DNA of 63,027 nt, filler included, from an uncultured Thermoplasmatales archaeon (GTDB taxonomy: Archaea > Thermoplasmatota > E2 > DHVEG-1): the NCBI GenBank assembly GCA_964517155.1. It is 5 parts of 5 records of this genome, joined end to end, with 100 filler letters (N's around TTAATTAATTAA, not from the genome) between each part and the next. Parts side by side here need not be neighbours in the genome. Positions count along the whole stretch, not along the records: positions 1 to 25,835 come from CAZFAZ010000043.1; 4 more parts are not named here. One strand, given 5' to 3'. Numbering within the stretch: the first letter of the stretch is position 1; every line of letters starts with the position of its first letter. Shown piece after piece: positions 12,214-23,156 of the stretch. A program made the position numbers and the translations under genes. A model generated the notes under the pieces. That model was given only the letters and a program-made list of their open reading frames with translations. It ran no database searches and had not been told where the DNA came from.

Positions 12214-15200
12214 TTATACAAGCGACTCCAATCTAATCCTTGGTGCAATAACCAACGATTTAAGTTCATCAATCAAAAGTTTGAAAGCATAGCTCATCTC
12301 AATAGGATAAATATCTGCTCTGTCACTGCATACTGGGCAGCGAAGTGCACCATGTCTATCCTGTATTGCAACGTGTCCACATGTATTACATACGTATTTA
12401 ATAGTTAAATCAGATTCATCAAGAAGTCTGTCTTTTATGACCATACTTGCACCATGACCTATAAGGCAGTCTCTTTCCATTTCACCAAATCTTAGACCTC
12501 CTTCACGGGCACGACCTTCAGTTGGCTGACGTGTAAGAATCTGCACAGGTCCGCGACTACGCGCATGTATTTTTCCTGCTACCATGTGATGAAGCTTCTG
12601 ATAATAGATACATCCCACAAAAATATCACATTCAAGTGGTTTACCTGTTTCACCGTTATATAATAGCTCTTTACCGTTATTTTTAAAACCATTTTCAACA
12701 AGTAATTTTCTAAGTATTTCTTCTGATTCGCCGCCAAATGCAGTTCCGTCAACATTGCGGCCTTCAATTGATCCTACTTTACCACCAATCATCTCAAGAA
12801 CGTGTCCAACTGTCATACGGCTTGGAATTGCATGAGGATTAATCACAAGATCAGGACTCATCCCTTTTTCATTGAAAGGCATGCTTTCCTGTGGTACAAG
12901 TATTCCAATAACTCCTTTCTGACCGTGTTTACTTGCAAATTTATCTCCTAGTTCAGGTATTCTTTGTTCTCTGACTTTTATTTTTACCATTCGTGAACCA
13001 TTAACACTTTCAGAAAGCATTACTTTGTCAACTGTTCCGCCTTCTCCATGTTGAACAGTTACGGAGGTTTCACGACGTTTTTGAGGTGTTAAAAAATCAG
13101 TTGGCTCTTCTAAGAAACGAGGTGGGCTTGTTTTTCCAATAAGGACATCCCCACCATTAACATTGCATTCTGGAGAGATGAGACCATCTTCTCCAAGATT
13201 TGTATAAGCTTCTTCACTCCTTACTCCACGGCAGTCAGGGTCAGGTACCTCAAAATGATCTTCCTGTCCGCCAGGATATCTTTTTTCTTCACTGCTGTAT
13301 GTTCTAAAAAAACTACTGCGGGCAAGACCGCGCTCAACACTTGCTTTACTCATAACAAGTGCATCTTCCATGTTGTATCCTTTGTATGATGCGACTGCAA
13401 CGATGAAGTTTTGACCTGCAGGTCTTTCTGCAAATTTAATGTATTTAACTGGATGGGTTTGTACAAGTGGTGCCTGTGGATAATGCATCAAATGACTGCG
13501 TGTATCAGGACGGATTCTATAGTTACTTGCTCCAAAACCAAGACTTTGTTTACCCATACCTGCACCCATTGTGATACGTGGGGAACTGTTATGTTCAGGA
13601 TATGGAACAAGAGATGAGCCAATTCCAAGTATACACATTGGATCCATTTCCATATGTGTATGATCGGAAGTAATGTTTTCTTTTTTTAATGCGATGAGTG
13701 TATTTTCTTCTTCTTCAGCGTCGATGTATTCTACTATTCCTTCATTTATTAAGTCTATCCATTTCTTTTTACCTGTTTTTAAATCTTCCACGTATTTAGA
13801 ATTTAAAAGTAGTTTACCATTCTCAACTATTGATAAAGGTCTGCGTAAACGTCCACAGTCACAATTTACGATTACATCATTTGCATCTTCATAAAAGGCA
13901 ACGTTTACTTCGTTGTTTAAAAGGCCTTTTCTGCGTCTTTCTCTAAGTTTATCAACTAGTTCTTTACCGTTTGGATGCATGCCAATAAGATCTCCGTTTA
14001 AATAAACACGGGTTCCAGTTGATTTTTTAGATATTTCTTTTATTCCAAGGTCTTTTAGTATTCCTTCTACTTCTTTTTCTGGAAATCCTTCTGATATTTC
14101 AACTGCAAGTGCTAGATTTTTTACAAGACCGCAGTTTGGTCCTTCAGGTGTTTCATTTGGGCATAATCTACCCCATTGAGTACTATGTAAATCACGAGCT
14201 TCGAAATGTGGCTGTGAGCGAGTAAGAGGACTTGTTACACGACGCAAGTGAGATAAAACGGCAAGGTTGCTTGTTCTGTCTAAAAGCTGAGATATACCGG
14301 CACGACCGCCTACCCAGTTACCTGTTGCAAGTGCATGATGTATTCTTTGACTTAATACATCTGAACGCAGGCTTGAGGAAATCTTTATTTCTTTTCCTTT
14401 TGCATGTATTCGTTCTATTTGATATTTTAAATCTTTACATAATGCAGTGAATGCTACACGGAATAAATCTTCCATTAAGTCTCCTGCAAGTTTCAAACGT
14501 TTGTTTGCATAATGATCTTTATCATCAGGTTCACGTTTTCCTAGTGCAAGCTCAAGAACTGCCATTCCCATACGGGCCATAAAAATTGCTTTTGTAAGTC
14601 TATCTGTTGGTTCGTTTCCAAGGTGTGGTAATAGGTTTTTATCCATCAATGTTTCTACACGTTTTACGCGGTATTCTTTTGCTTGACCGCCTGCGAATTT
14701 TTTACCAAGATATGCTACTGCTTCTTCTTGAGTTGTAATGCCGTATTCGTTTGCGCATTCCTCAATGTTTGCCAAAACATACGGCTCCATTTTTGGATCA
14801 ACGCTTATTACATCTACGATTTCTTCATCGTTTTCCATACCAAGAGCGCGAAGTAAAATCATTAATGGAATTTGTCCATATGTTGTTGGTAGTGATACCA
14901 TTAGCATCCCATCTTTCTTTTTTTCTACAACTGTGAGTGCGCGGTATCCTTCTTTTTGTGAGAAAACTTTTGCAACTTCAATGTCATGACCATAGCGACT
15001 GCTTGTTTCAACAAGTACTCTATTTGGTGCTAAATCTTCAACTGTTATTAGAACACGCTCTGTACCATTACTTATAAAATATCCGCCAGGGTCTAATGGA
15101 TCTTCTTGTAGTTTCTGTAGTTCTCTTTTATATTCTGGCCAGTCTAAATCATGTCCTTTTTTTTCTTCCATTGTTTGTTTTGCAAGGTTGCCTGCTTTTG

Positions 15201-15588
15201 ATTTAATCATTATAGGTAGTTCGCCGATTCTTACTTCTTCAGGGTCGTACTCTACATCATCTTTTACAGGAATAAACTCAAGTTTTAATGGGGCTTCATA
15301 GGTTAAATCTCGTAGCCTTGCTTCCATTGGCGTTAGTGGTCTTACTGTTCCATCTGCTTCTTTTACCTCAGGTTTTCCGACGGTTATTTTTCCAAATTTT
15401 ATTTTATATCCTTCTATTTCAGGATATATAAAACCGCGTTCCATTTCTTCTTCTTGGCCGATTATTGTGCTGTCAACTATATTTTGAAGTCTGCGGTCTA
15501 AAAAATCGTTGTATGATGCTATTTGGTGGTTAACTATACTTCGCTCCCTATAAAAAGTATCAATAAGCTCCCTCATTTTATATTTCAC
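12214..15588 (-). CDS. rpoB: RNA polymerase subunit B (unsplit Rpo2)
   Basis: [34 protein letters not shown]-terminal Zn finger; single 1124-aa ORF. Confidence 0.99.
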   Translation of the reverse strand: MKYKMRELIDTFYRERSIVNHQIASYNDFLDRRLQNIVDSTIIGQEEEMERGFIYPEIEGYKIKFGKITVGKPEVKEADGTVRPLTPMEARLRDLTYEAPLKLEFIPVKDDVEYDPEEVRIGELPIMIKSKAGNLAKQTMEEKKGHDLDWPEYKRELQKLQEDPLDPGGYFISNGTERVLITVEDLAPNRVLVETSSRYGHDIEVAKVFSQKEGYRALTVVEKKKDGMLMVSLPTTYGQIPLMILLRALGMENDEEIVDVISVDPKMEPYVLANIEECANEYGITTQEEAVAYLGKKFAGGQAKEYRVKRVETLMDKNLLPHLGNEPTDRLTKAIFMARMGMAVLELALGKREPDDKDHYANKRLKLAGDLMEDLFRVAFTALCKDLKYQIERIHAKGKEIKISSSLRSDVLSQRIHHALATGNWVGGRAGISQLLDRTSNLAVLSHLRRVTSPLTRSQPHFEARDLHSTQWGRLCPNETPEGPNCGLVKNLALAVEISEGFPEKEVEGILKDLGIKEISKKSTGTRVYLNGDLIGMHPNGKELVDKLRERRRKGLLNNEVNVAFYEDANDVIVNCDCGRLRRPLSIVENGKLLLNSKYVEDLKTGKKKWIDLINEGIVEYIDAEEEENTLIALKKENITSDHTHMEMDPMCILGIGSSLVPYPEHNSSPRITMGAGMGKQSLGFGASNYRIRPDTRSHLMHYPQAPLVQTHPVKYIKFAERPAGQNFIVAVASYKGYNMEDALVMSKASVERGLARSSFFRTYSSEEKRYPGGQEDHFEVPDPDCRGVRSEEAYTNLGEDGLISPECNVNGGDVLIGKTSPPRFLEEPTDFLTPQKRRETSVTVQHGEGGTVDKVMLSESVNGSRMVKIKVREQRIPELGDKFASKHGQKGVIGILVPQESMPFNEKGMSPDLVINPHAIPSRMTVGHVLEMIGGKVGSIEGRNVDGTAFGGESEEILRKLLVENGFKNNGKELLYNGETGKPLECDIFVGCIYYQKLHHMVAGKIHARSRGPVQILTRQPTEGRAREGGLRFGEMERDCLIGHGASMVIKDRLLDESDLTIKYVCNTCGHVAIQDRHGALRCPVCSDRADIYPIEMSYAFKLLIDELKSLVIAPRIRLESLV

Positions 15589-15599
15589 CTTAATTTTCT

Positions 15600-15863
15600 T
15601 TAATCATTACTTTCTACAACAAATCTATATATTACTGCATTTTTTGCAGTAGTACTTTTACGTGTAATTTTTACTATTTGTCCCGGTTTTGCCCCTATTG
15701 ATAAACAAACTGGATCGGTATCCAAAACTTTTGGAAGTTGATCTGGTGTTATATTATATTTTTTAAAAAGTTGTTTTTTTTCGTCTTCAGAGATTAATTC
15801 ATGGTTTGGAACTAGTTCATGGTTTAATATTTCAAATTGTTGTTTTTTAGTTTCTTTTGCCAT
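15600..15863 (-). CDS. rpoH: RNA polymerase subunit H (Rpo5)
   Basis: [28 protein letters not shown]. Confidence 0.97.
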   Translation of the reverse strand: MAKETKKQQFEILNHELVPNHELISEDEKKQLFKKYNITPDQLPKVLDTDPVCLSIGAKPGQIVKITRKSTTAKNAVIYRFVVESND

Positions 15864-15905
15864 GTTGGGTTCTTTCCTCCTAGTGGGGCATCGTTTTTAT
15901 AAGAG

Positions 15906-15979
15906 CGGGCCTGGAGGGATTCGAACCCTCGGCCACCTGGTTAAAAGCCAGATGCTCTACCTAGCTGAGCTACAGGCCC
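15906..15979 (-). tRNA. tRNA-Lys(TTT), intronless, CCA not encoded
   Basis: Reverse complement GGGCCTGTAGCTCAGCTAGGTAGAGCATCTGGCTTTTAACCAGGTGGCCGAGGGTTCGAATCCCTCCAGGCCCG folds as a cloverleaf with anticodon loop CT-TTT-AA. Confidence 0.96.
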
Positions 15980-16086
15980 ATTAAAAACAGGCCGGGACTC
16001 AGTTTTTTTATTTTTATATATTACACTCTAACAGATATTAACGATGTAAACAGACTACCCGCTATAATACTTCTTATATATATAAT

Positions 16087-16491
16087 TTATGGGGCAGGAT
16101 TTTTTAGAATTAATTGATCTTTTTGTTTTTTAAAAATTATTTCATAATCTTCGAAAATAGGGTATCTGCCAAGTAGGACAGGTATGTCATTTCTACTGGA
16201 GATATGTATCTCTAACTCATCATATTTTACAAACTTTTTTTTGCTTCCTATTATTAAATCTAAATTTGATTTAAATAAAGATGTTGTACCGCCCGCAGTA
16301 TCTACAGAGCCTGCTCTTTTAAGTTTTAAACCTAGGTATCTTGCAATTGGCATTGGTATTACTATAAAGTCTCCACCTGAATCTAGTAATGCATCTATAA
16401 AAGGTGTTTCTTTTTGTGTTTCTTTAAATTGAAATTTAACAGGTACGACAGGGTATCTTAGATATTCAAATGTAAATTCGGTATTGGTCAT
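16087..16491 (-). CDS. Retropepsin-like (clan AA) aspartyl protease
   Basis: DALLDSGGD catalytic motif and C-terminal VLLGR motif. Confidence 0.85.
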   Translation of the reverse strand: MTNTEFTFEYLRYPVVPVKFQFKETQKETPFIDALLDSGGDFIVIPMPIARYLGLKLKRAGSVDTAGGTTSLFKSNLDLIIGSKKKFVKYDELEIHISSRNDIPVLLGRYPIFEDYEIIFKKQKDQLILKNPAP

Positions 16492-16557
16492 GATTTCACC
16501 TGTAATAAAACATCATAATGATAATACTTTTGATGAGATGTTAAAAAATTAGTTTTT

Positions 16558-16773
16558 TTAGAATTCTCTTATTGTTTTATCCATTATCTTTGAAATTTTT
16601 ATTTCATCGTTTGGGAATCTTTCTTGAGGAAATTTTTCTTCGCAGGTTTTTAGTATATCTTCTATGTTTGCGCTGTGGTCTACTATTTTGTCGTTGAACA
16701 GCAGAATCCATTCACCTGAGAATTCTTGAGGCATTTCTTCTTTTTTCATCATTTTACACTTACCTTGTATCAA
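16558..16773 (-). CDS. Small DUF5678-like protein
   Basis: FSGEWILLFNDKIVDHSANIEDIL resembles the YxGxW-x-x-x-x-x-x-x-IV pattern; lies upstream of the retropepsin. Confidence 0.65.
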   Translation of the reverse strand: MIQGKCKMMKKEEMPQEFSGEWILLFNDKIVDHSANIEDILKTCEEKFPQERFPNDEIKISKIMDKTIREF

Positions 16774-16917
16774 GTATTTAAAATTTATGCCGTTTTTTTG
16801 GTATTTTTATCTTATTTTAGAAATTTTAATCTTATATTTGCAGAAAATTATTTATACTAGAACCTACACACTATATTACACGTTTTAAGACTAAAATGCA
16901 AGAAGAGGTTAAAAATT

Positions 16918-17325
16918 ATGAATATTATAACACTAGATGAGTTGTCAAAAGCAATAGCAAATAGAGTTGGAATAGGTATAGAAGAAGCAAAAAGAGATGC
17001 AGGTTTTGTAATGGATATATTTGGTTTTCAAGACCGTGTGATAGATAACGTTTTAGATCCAGAAGACCGCCAGCTTTTCTATATACTTGAAGAGGAAGGA
17101 ATGCTTACAACTGAGCGTGAGGAAACAACACTTTACGATGGTCGTGAATGGCGTACGCATTACTGGATTATAAAAAAGGATATAATACTTAAATATTCAC
17201 AGGATCAAAACAAAAGAACCCGCAGTGTTCTCTCAGATAAACAAACACTTGAAGATATATCTGATGAAGCAATATATGATGCATTGGATGACCAAATGTG
17301 GGTCACACGCAAAATAGAAGAGTAA
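16918..17325 (+). CDS. Conserved Thermoplasmatota protein (DUF6015-like)
   Basis: DIFGFQDRVIDNVLDPEDRQLFYILEEEGMLTTEREETTLYDGREWRTHYW; family assigned from recall. Confidence 0.7.
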   Translation: MNIITLDELSKAIANRVGIGIEEAKRDAGFVMDIFGFQDRVIDNVLDPEDRQLFYILEEEGMLTTEREETTLYDGREWRTHYWIIKKDIILKYSQDQNKRTRSVLSDKQTLEDISDEAIYDALDDQMWVTRKIEE

Positions 17326-17345
17326 ATATTCCAATTGGAATATTT
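17324..17345. promoter_or_regulatory. 22-bp perfect palindrome (terminator or operator) upstream of metK
   Basis: AAATATTCCAATTGGAATATTT is self-complementary and is followed by a T tract. Confidence 0.55.
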
Positions 17346-17429
17346 TTTTCAAAAAAATTTATATTCTTTTTCTTTTTTTTCAGCTACAAATTAAATTAGA
17401 GGCTAAAAATAAATTTTGTAGGTGAAGAT

Positions 17430-18605
17430 ATGGCAAAAAGAAAAATAATTATAAGTTCAGAATCTGTAACAGAAGGTCACCCTGACAAAATGTGTGATCT
17501 TATATCAGATGCAATACTTGACGAAGCACTAAGACAAGACAGCAACTCTCGCGTAGCTGTAGAAACAGGTACAAAAAACGGTGGAGTAATGGTCTTTGGA
17601 GAAATGACTACACAAGGATATATAGATATACCAAAAATTGTAAGAAATGCGATAAAAGACATAGGATACACAAAATCGGAGTATGGTATAGAATGGGAAA
17701 CATGCTCAGTATGGGTACAAATAACAGAGCAAAGCCCAGATATATCTCAAGGCGTAACAGAAGGAGATGGGCTTCATAAAGAACAAGGCGCAGGCGATCA
17801 GGGTATGATGTATGGATATGCATGCAACGAAACAAAAGAACTTATGCCTCTGCCAATTTCACTTGCACACAAACTTACAAAAAAACTTTCAGAGGCAAGA
17901 AAAAGAGGTGAAATTACTTATCTTAGACCAGACGGTAAATCCCAGGTTTCAATAGAATACGATGAAAAAGGAAAACCACTTCGTGCAGATACTATTGTTG
18001 TAAGCACCCAACATGATGGCGCAGTATCTCATGAACGCATCCAAAAAGATGTGATTGAAAAAATAATAAAACCAATATGTAACAAATGGATTGACAAAAA
18101 CACTGTTTTTCATGTGAATCCCACTGGTGCATTTGTACGTGGTGGACCATATGCAGACGCGGGACTTACAGGTAGAAAAATAATTGTTGATACATATGGT
18201 GGTATAGGAAGACACGGCGGCGGAGCATTTTCAGGTAAAGATCCAACAAAAGTAGATAGAAGTGCAGCATACGCATGTCGTTATATCGCAAAAAACATTG
18301 TTGCTGCGGGCCTTGCGGATAAATGCGAAATTCAACTTGCATATGCAATAGGTGTTGCAGAACCTGTATCAATAAATATTGACTGTTTTGGTACAAACAA
18401 AATACCTATTGATAAAATTGAAGATCTTGTCCGAGAGTTTTTCCCGCTTAAACCAGGTGAAATAATTAAACACCTTGATCTTAGAAGACCTATATTTTAT
18501 AAAACTGCAGCATATGGTCATTTCGGTCGAGAAGACCCCGATTTTCATTGGGAAAAAACAGACAAAGCAGACCTTATTTGTAAAGAAGCAGGTCTGAAAA
18601 AATAA
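17430..18605 (+). CDS. metK: S-adenosylmethionine synthetase, bacterial/eukaryal type
   Basis: [56 protein letters not shown]. Confidence 0.98.
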   Translation: MAKRKIIISSESVTEGHPDKMCDLISDAILDEALRQDSNSRVAVETGTKNGGVMVFGEMTTQGYIDIPKIVRNAIKDIGYTKSEYGIEWETCSVWVQITEQSPDISQGVTEGDGLHKEQGAGDQGMMYGYACNETKELMPLPISLAHKLTKKLSEARKRGEITYLRPDGKSQVSIEYDEKGKPLRADTIVVSTQHDGAVSHERIQKDVIEKIIKPICNKWIDKNTVFHVNPTGAFVRGGPYADAGLTGRKIIVDTYGGIGRHGGGAFSGKDPTKVDRSAAYACRYIAKNIVAAGLADKCEIQLAYAIGVAEPVSINIDCFGTNKIPIDKIEDLVREFFPLKPGEIIKHLDLRRPIFYKTAAYGHFGREDPDFHWEKTDKADLICKEAGLKK

Positions 18606-18649
18606 CTTTTTTTCTTATTTTTTATTTTTTCGTTAGTTATAAGTAGTTT

Positions 18650-19360
18650 TTGATAGTTATTCTATTTGTGGTTTTTAGAGGAGAAAAAACAGGTAATTGG
18701 TTTTATGTTGGAATTGCAATTTTTGTAGTAGTGTTAATACTATTAACTGTTTTATTTACTACAAACACTTTGTTTCAGGCATATGTTGAAGATCGTTTTC
18801 TTGTCGATGGTTGGATTGAATCAGGTGAACGTCCATATAACGAGCAGTTGTTTGGGCTTGAAAAACAATCTACTTTCAAATATATAGTTGATAGTGGTTC
18901 TAAAAATAGTTATACTGCTTTTTTAACAGTTACAAGTATTAAAACAATTTTTACGATTAATGAAGAAGAACTATTAGGTAAAACAATTGAAACGATTTTT
19001 AATGCAGCTAGTGCGAGAAACATTACTATTTATAATTCTTCAAAGATAACTGGCTTTAGATCTTTAAAAAATGGTCATAATACTTATTTTGTTGTTTTTA
19101 ATGGCACACAGACAATAGATAATTTTGTCGAAAATGTAAAAATAATAGGGGAAACATGGAATTGTGCTAGGTCCTCGATATCAGTTATATGTATAGGTGT
19201 TGCTCAGACTACTGATGTTAAAAATGGTAATAATTCTGAAAGTTTTATTCATTGGTCCAAAATAATTGGTGATGAAAAAGGAACATTTACAGAAATATAT
19301 GGTTATAATGATTTTATAAACTCTGCTGGGTTAATATTTAACGTTAGATGTCATGAATAA
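18650..19360 (+). CDS. Hypothetical membrane-anchored extracellular protein
   Basis: One N-terminal TM helix, then a beta-rich domain with N-x-S/T sequons; start uncertain (GTG at 18668 is in frame). Confidence 0.6.
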   Translation: MIVILFVVFRGEKTGNWFYVGIAIFVVVLILLTVLFTTNTLFQAYVEDRFLVDGWIESGERPYNEQLFGLEKQSTFKYIVDSGSKNSYTAFLTVTSIKTIFTINEEELLGKTIETIFNAASARNITIYNSSKITGFRSLKNGHNTYFVVFNGTQTIDNFVENVKIIGETWNCARSSISVICIGVAQTTDVKNGNNSESFIHWSKIIGDEKGTFTEIYGYNDFINSAGLIFNVRCHE

Positions 19361-19366
19361 ATTTTT

Positions 19367-19792
19367 TTATATTTCTCGTAACTCTACTTTTTGTAGTTTT
19401 TTACCAATAGGGCACTTAATTTCTTCAAAAACTTTTACTATTTCATAGTTTTTATCCTTATTTAAGCTGATTTTGCATAGTTCATAATGTTGACAGCCTA
19501 TACTTTCACAGGGTTTTTGATTTAAAGTTGTTATTGTGCCTTCACTATATTTTTTATCAATGCATGTTATTATAGGCAGTTCTTCTACTTCTACGACTAC
19601 TGCAGATCCTTCATGAACATTACAGCTGTGTTTTTTATCCCGTATATTGATAATTTTGTATTTTCTACCCATTTTTAGATTAAAACAAACAGTTTTTAAT
19701 TTACAATTACGGCAGTCGTTATTTGGCCCGATATATGTAAATTCTGCGTCTTTTTCTGCTATTTTTTCTCCTATTAATGTAATTAATGCCAT
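19367..19792 (-). CDS. UPF0179 family protein
   Basis: ITLIGEKIA, CRNCKLKTVC, C..H, CESIGC..C, CP Cys pattern; adjacent to egsA. Confidence 0.85.
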   Translation of the reverse strand: MALITLIGEKIAEKDAEFTYIGPNNDCRNCKLKTVCFNLKMGRKYKIINIRDKKHSCNVHEGSAVVVEVEELPIITCIDKKYSEGTITTLNQKPCESIGCQHYELCKISLNKDKNYEIVKVFEEIKCPIGKKLQKVELREI

Positions 19793-19793
19793 T

Positions 19794-20882
19794 TTATATT
19801 ACACCTGTTATTTTTGCAAGTTTTCTTGCTGCATCTTGTGTAAGACCTGTTTCGCCAAGTATTGTGTAGCGTTCTGGTCTTATTTCATGTGCACGAACTA
19901 ATGCTTCTATTATTTTTTTCTTTGATACGCCTAATTCTTCTGATGTTATAGGAGCACCAATTTTTTTAAGAGTTCTTTTAACTAATTGCCAGTCTCCACC
20001 ATGAAGGTATACCATCATTATTGCACCTATCCCGCATTGTTCTCCATGAAGTGGTTTTTTATTTTTTCGGCCTTTGAGCATTATTCCAGGTCCTAGATGA
20101 TCAAGCATGTGTGAAAACATATGTTCTGCACCTGATGCAGGCCGTGTAGTTCCTGCAACGCTCATGGCGACACCTGATACAATCATTGCTTTTACGCCCA
20201 GCCATGCAGAATCTTCAGAATCTGGTCTTATATCATCTACGTTTTCTATTAGCATTTCAGCTGCAGTTTTTGCAAGAACAGCACCGTGTGTACTAAATTC
20301 TTCACCTTTCAGCCTGTATGCAAGTTCCCAATCCATTACAGCAGATATATTTGAGATTACATCTGCACAACCGCTTGCAAGCATTTGGTATGGTGCTTTT
20401 GCAATTATTTTTGTGTCAGCGAGAACTGCAAGAGGTGATACCGCAGTTTTTGAGACAGATCCTTTGCTGTGTTTTAAAGAGGCTCTTGGCGATGCTATTC
20501 CATCGTGTGCTGCTGATGTTGGAACACTTACGAAAGGTTTTTTAAGCTCATATGCTGCAATTTTTGTTACATCTATTACGCTACCGCCACCTACTCCTAA
20601 AAGTAATTCTATGTTGTTTTTACTTGAATAATTAATTACTTTGTTTACTTCATTGATATTTGGTGCAGAAACAATTACTTCTTTTACATTGTAATTTGAT
20701 TTTGAAAGTATCTTGCGTATTTCATCACCAGATAGTTTTTTTGTTTTTTTGTCATCGACTACTAATACATTATCTCCACTGCCAATTCTATCACATAGCT
20801 CGGATATCTGTTGAGTGGCGTTATGTCCCACTATTATTTCTCGGGGAAATACCATTGTTTTTGATTTTGTAAACCGGTCCAT
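19794..20882 (-). CDS. egsA: NAD(P)-dependent glycerol-1-phosphate dehydrogenase
   Basis: GVGGGSVIDVTK, SVPTSAAHDGIASP, RPASGAEHMFSH, LHGEQCG. Confidence 0.95.
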   Translation of the reverse strand: MDRFTKSKTMVFPREIIVGHNATQQISELCDRIGSGDNVLVVDDKKTKKLSGDEIRKILSKSNYNVKEVIVSAPNINEVNKVINYSSKNNIELLLGVGGGSVIDVTKIAAYELKKPFVSVPTSAAHDGIASPRASLKHSKGSVSKTAVSPLAVLADTKIIAKAPYQMLASGCADVISNISAVMDWELAYRLKGEEFSTHGAVLAKTAAEMLIENVDDIRPDSEDSAWLGVKAMIVSGVAMSVAGTTRPASGAEHMFSHMLDHLGPGIMLKGRKNKKPLHGEQCGIGAIMMVYLHGGDWQLVKRTLKKIGAPITSEELGVSKKKIIEALVRAHEIRPERYTILGETGLTQDAARKLAKITGVI

Positions 20883-20943
20883 AATAAAATGGGTAAACCA
20901 TGGGTTTAATATATTATTTTTTCCTTTCAGTCAAGGAAAACAT

Positions 20944-21987
20944 ATGAAAATTGTTGATAATATATGGAATAATAAGGAAAAAATACTTTTATATTCCCTT
21001 ATTTTAGTTGCAGCTGTTGTTATAACTGGAGTTTTTTTGTTTCCACGCATTTTTTATGATAACTGGATTTGGAAATACTACTGGGGCCCTGTAGTTGCTG
21101 ATTCATTTAATTCAGGCGGTACAACTGTTTTTAATGGTGTTGCTGCAAGTGAAGGATATACAATGGTTTCAGAGCTAACATACGGTGTCATCTTAATTAT
21201 TGCTTTGTATTATATTTATCGTCTACTTAAAAAACTAAAAATTACCGTTGATTGGCGTTTTGCACTTGCGCTTATGCCTTTTATTTTACTTGGTCCTGTA
21301 ACACGTGTTTTAGAGGATACTGGTTATTTTCAGGAGCCTTTGGTTTATTGGTTTATTTCTCCTTTTATTTATATGATGATTGCTTTTTTTGTAATTTTGT
21401 TTTTATTCATTGGTCGTTATCTTGAAGATAAAATTAATTCATCTAAAATTACTGTTAACAGAGTTTTATTTGTTGGTGGTTTGTTTGTTTTAATACCTTT
21501 TCTTATACCGATAGTTAGTTGGATTCTTGGGGCTCGTTGGGATAGTACCACTGGAATTAATTTTGATATTTTTTTAATTGTAGTTGGAATTGTTTCTTTA
21601 ATTGTTTTTTTAGTTTATTTTATAGCTAATTACTTTAAAGAAAACAAAAAAATTGTTGTTTATAAAAATCCTTTGAATCTTGCAATGCTTTGTGGGCATA
21701 TGATAGATGGTATTGCAACATATATCAGTATTAAAGATCCTTTTTTTATGGGTCTTTCTTACGCAGAAAAACATCCTGCATCTAATTTTTTACTTGATAT
21801 CTGGGGTCCACTTTTTCCGATTGTTAAGTTTTTATTGATTATTTTTGTAATTTATGTTTTTGATGTTTTATATAAAGAAGAATTAGAAGAACACAAAACT
21901 CTTGTTAATCTTTTAAAAATTGGTATATTGATACTTGGTTTTGCGCCAGGCCTTCGTAATCTTTTAAGGGTTACAATGGGAGTATAA
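20944..21987 (+). CDS. DUF63 family polytopic membrane protein
   Basis: YYWGPV, GYTMVSELTY, RVLED, GHMIDG, YAEKHP, LGFAPGLRN. ATG at 20944 preferred over the track start, which overlaps egsA. Confidence 0.8.
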   Translation: MKIVDNIWNNKEKILLYSLILVAAVVITGVFLFPRIFYDNWIWKYYWGPVVADSFNSGGTTVFNGVAASEGYTMVSELTYGVILIIALYYIYRLLKKLKITVDWRFALALMPFILLGPVTRVLEDTGYFQEPLVYWFISPFIYMMIAFFVILFLFIGRYLEDKINSSKITVNRVLFVGGLFVLIPFLIPIVSWILGARWDSTTGINFDIFLIVVGIVSLIVFLVYFIANYFKENKKIVVYKNPLNLAMLCGHMIDGIATYISIKDPFFMGLSYAEKHPASNFLLDIWGPLFPIVKFLLIIFVIYVFDVLYKEELEEHKTLVNLLKIGILILGFAPGLRNLLRVTMGV

Positions 21988-21992
21988 TTTTT

Positions 21993-22838
21993 ATGCGTCG
22001 TCACCCTGATTGGTTAAAGGTTGGTATTCCTGGTGGAGAAAACTTTGTTAAAATGAAAACTCTTCTTAGGAGTGCTAAGCTTCATACCATTTGTGAGGAG
22101 GCAAAGTGTCCTAATATTGCTGAGTGTTTTGGTTGTGGTACAGCAGTTTTTCTTATTCTTGGAAATGTTTGCACTCGTAATTGTAGGTATTGTAATGTTT
22201 CTCACGGAGTCCCCGGTGTTTTAAATCCTAGTGAACCTGATGATGTTGCAGAAAGTGTAAAAAAACTAGATTTGAAATATGTTGTAATTACGTCTGTTAC
22301 AAGAGATGATTTATCAGATGGTGGTGCCAGTGTTTTTGCAGAGACTATACACAAAGTTAAGTCTTTGAATATAAATTGTATGGTTGAAGTTTTAATTCCT
22401 GATTTTAAAGGTAATATCTCTGCTTTGAAGACAGTTATTTGTTCAAAACCTGATGTTGTTAATCATAATATCGAGGTTGTAAAAAAGTTATTTCCTCAGA
22501 TTAGGCCTGAAGGAGATTATAAAATTAGTCTAAATTTACTTTCAAATATTAAAAAAATTAAGGCAGATATAAAATCTAAATCTGGTTTTATGGTTGGACT
22601 TGGAGAAACTTCTGATCAGATAATTAATACTATGAAAGATTTAAGAAGCTCAGATGTTGATTTTTTAACTATTGGACAGTATCTGCAGCCTACAAAGAAT
22701 CATGCTGAAATTAAGAAATATTATACGCCTGAGGAATTTAAAGAATTTAAAAAAATCGGTTTAGACCTTGGTTTTAAACATGTTGAATCAGGTCCTCTGG
22801 TTCGCAGCTCATATCATGCTGCAGATGTTTTTAAATAG
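21993..22838 (+). CDS. lipA: Lipoyl synthase
   Basis: CEEAKCPNIAEC, CTRNCRYC, TSVTRDDL, RSSYHA. Confidence 0.97.
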   Translation: MRRHPDWLKVGIPGGENFVKMKTLLRSAKLHTICEEAKCPNIAECFGCGTAVFLILGNVCTRNCRYCNVSHGVPGVLNPSEPDDVAESVKKLDLKYVVITSVTRDDLSDGGASVFAETIHKVKSLNINCMVEVLIPDFKGNISALKTVICSKPDVVNHNIEVVKKLFPQIRPEGDYKISLNLLSNIKKIKADIKSKSGFMVGLGETSDQIINTMKDLRSSDVDFLTIGQYLQPTKNHAEIKKYYTPEEFKEFKKIGLDLGFKHVESGPLVRSSYHAADVFK

Positions 22839-22871
22839 ATTTAAAAACCTGTTTTTAATTCTTTTTTTAAG

Positions 22872-23156
22872 ATGAATTCTAAATCAGTGTATAAAGTCCC
22901 TAATGGTAAATTGCTTAAGATTTCTCTAAAATATGATGATAGAACTAGGCAGATTTTGGATTTGCGCATTACTGGTGATTTTTTTGCTTATCCTGAGGAA
23001 GCAATAGAAATTCTTGAAAAAAATTTATTAAATGCTACTTTGAATGAAAAAATTTTAAAAGATAAAATTGACAATATTGTCAAAGAAAATAAACTAGAAT
23101 TTATAGGACTTAATACCGAAGGTCTTGTAAATGGTATATTGATGTGTTTTAAATGA
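22872..23156 (+). CDS. lplB: Lipoate-protein ligase accessory (C-terminal) subunit
   Basis: KVPNGKLLK, ITGDFFAYPEEAIE; overlaps lplA start. Confidence 0.85.
   Translation: MNSKSVYKVPNGKLLKISLKYDDRTRQILDLRITGDFFAYPEEAIEILEKNLLNATLNEKILKDKIDNIVKENKLEFIGLNTEGLVNGILMCFK

Noticed and set aside
15906..16800. Integrated element at tRNA-Lys
   Set aside because: No integrase and no duplicated tRNA 3' end seen; the cassette lies on the tRNA 5' side
20815..20943. Extended N-terminus of the DUF63 ORF given by the track
   Set aside because: Overlaps the divergent egsA start and promoter; ATG at 20944 is more plausible
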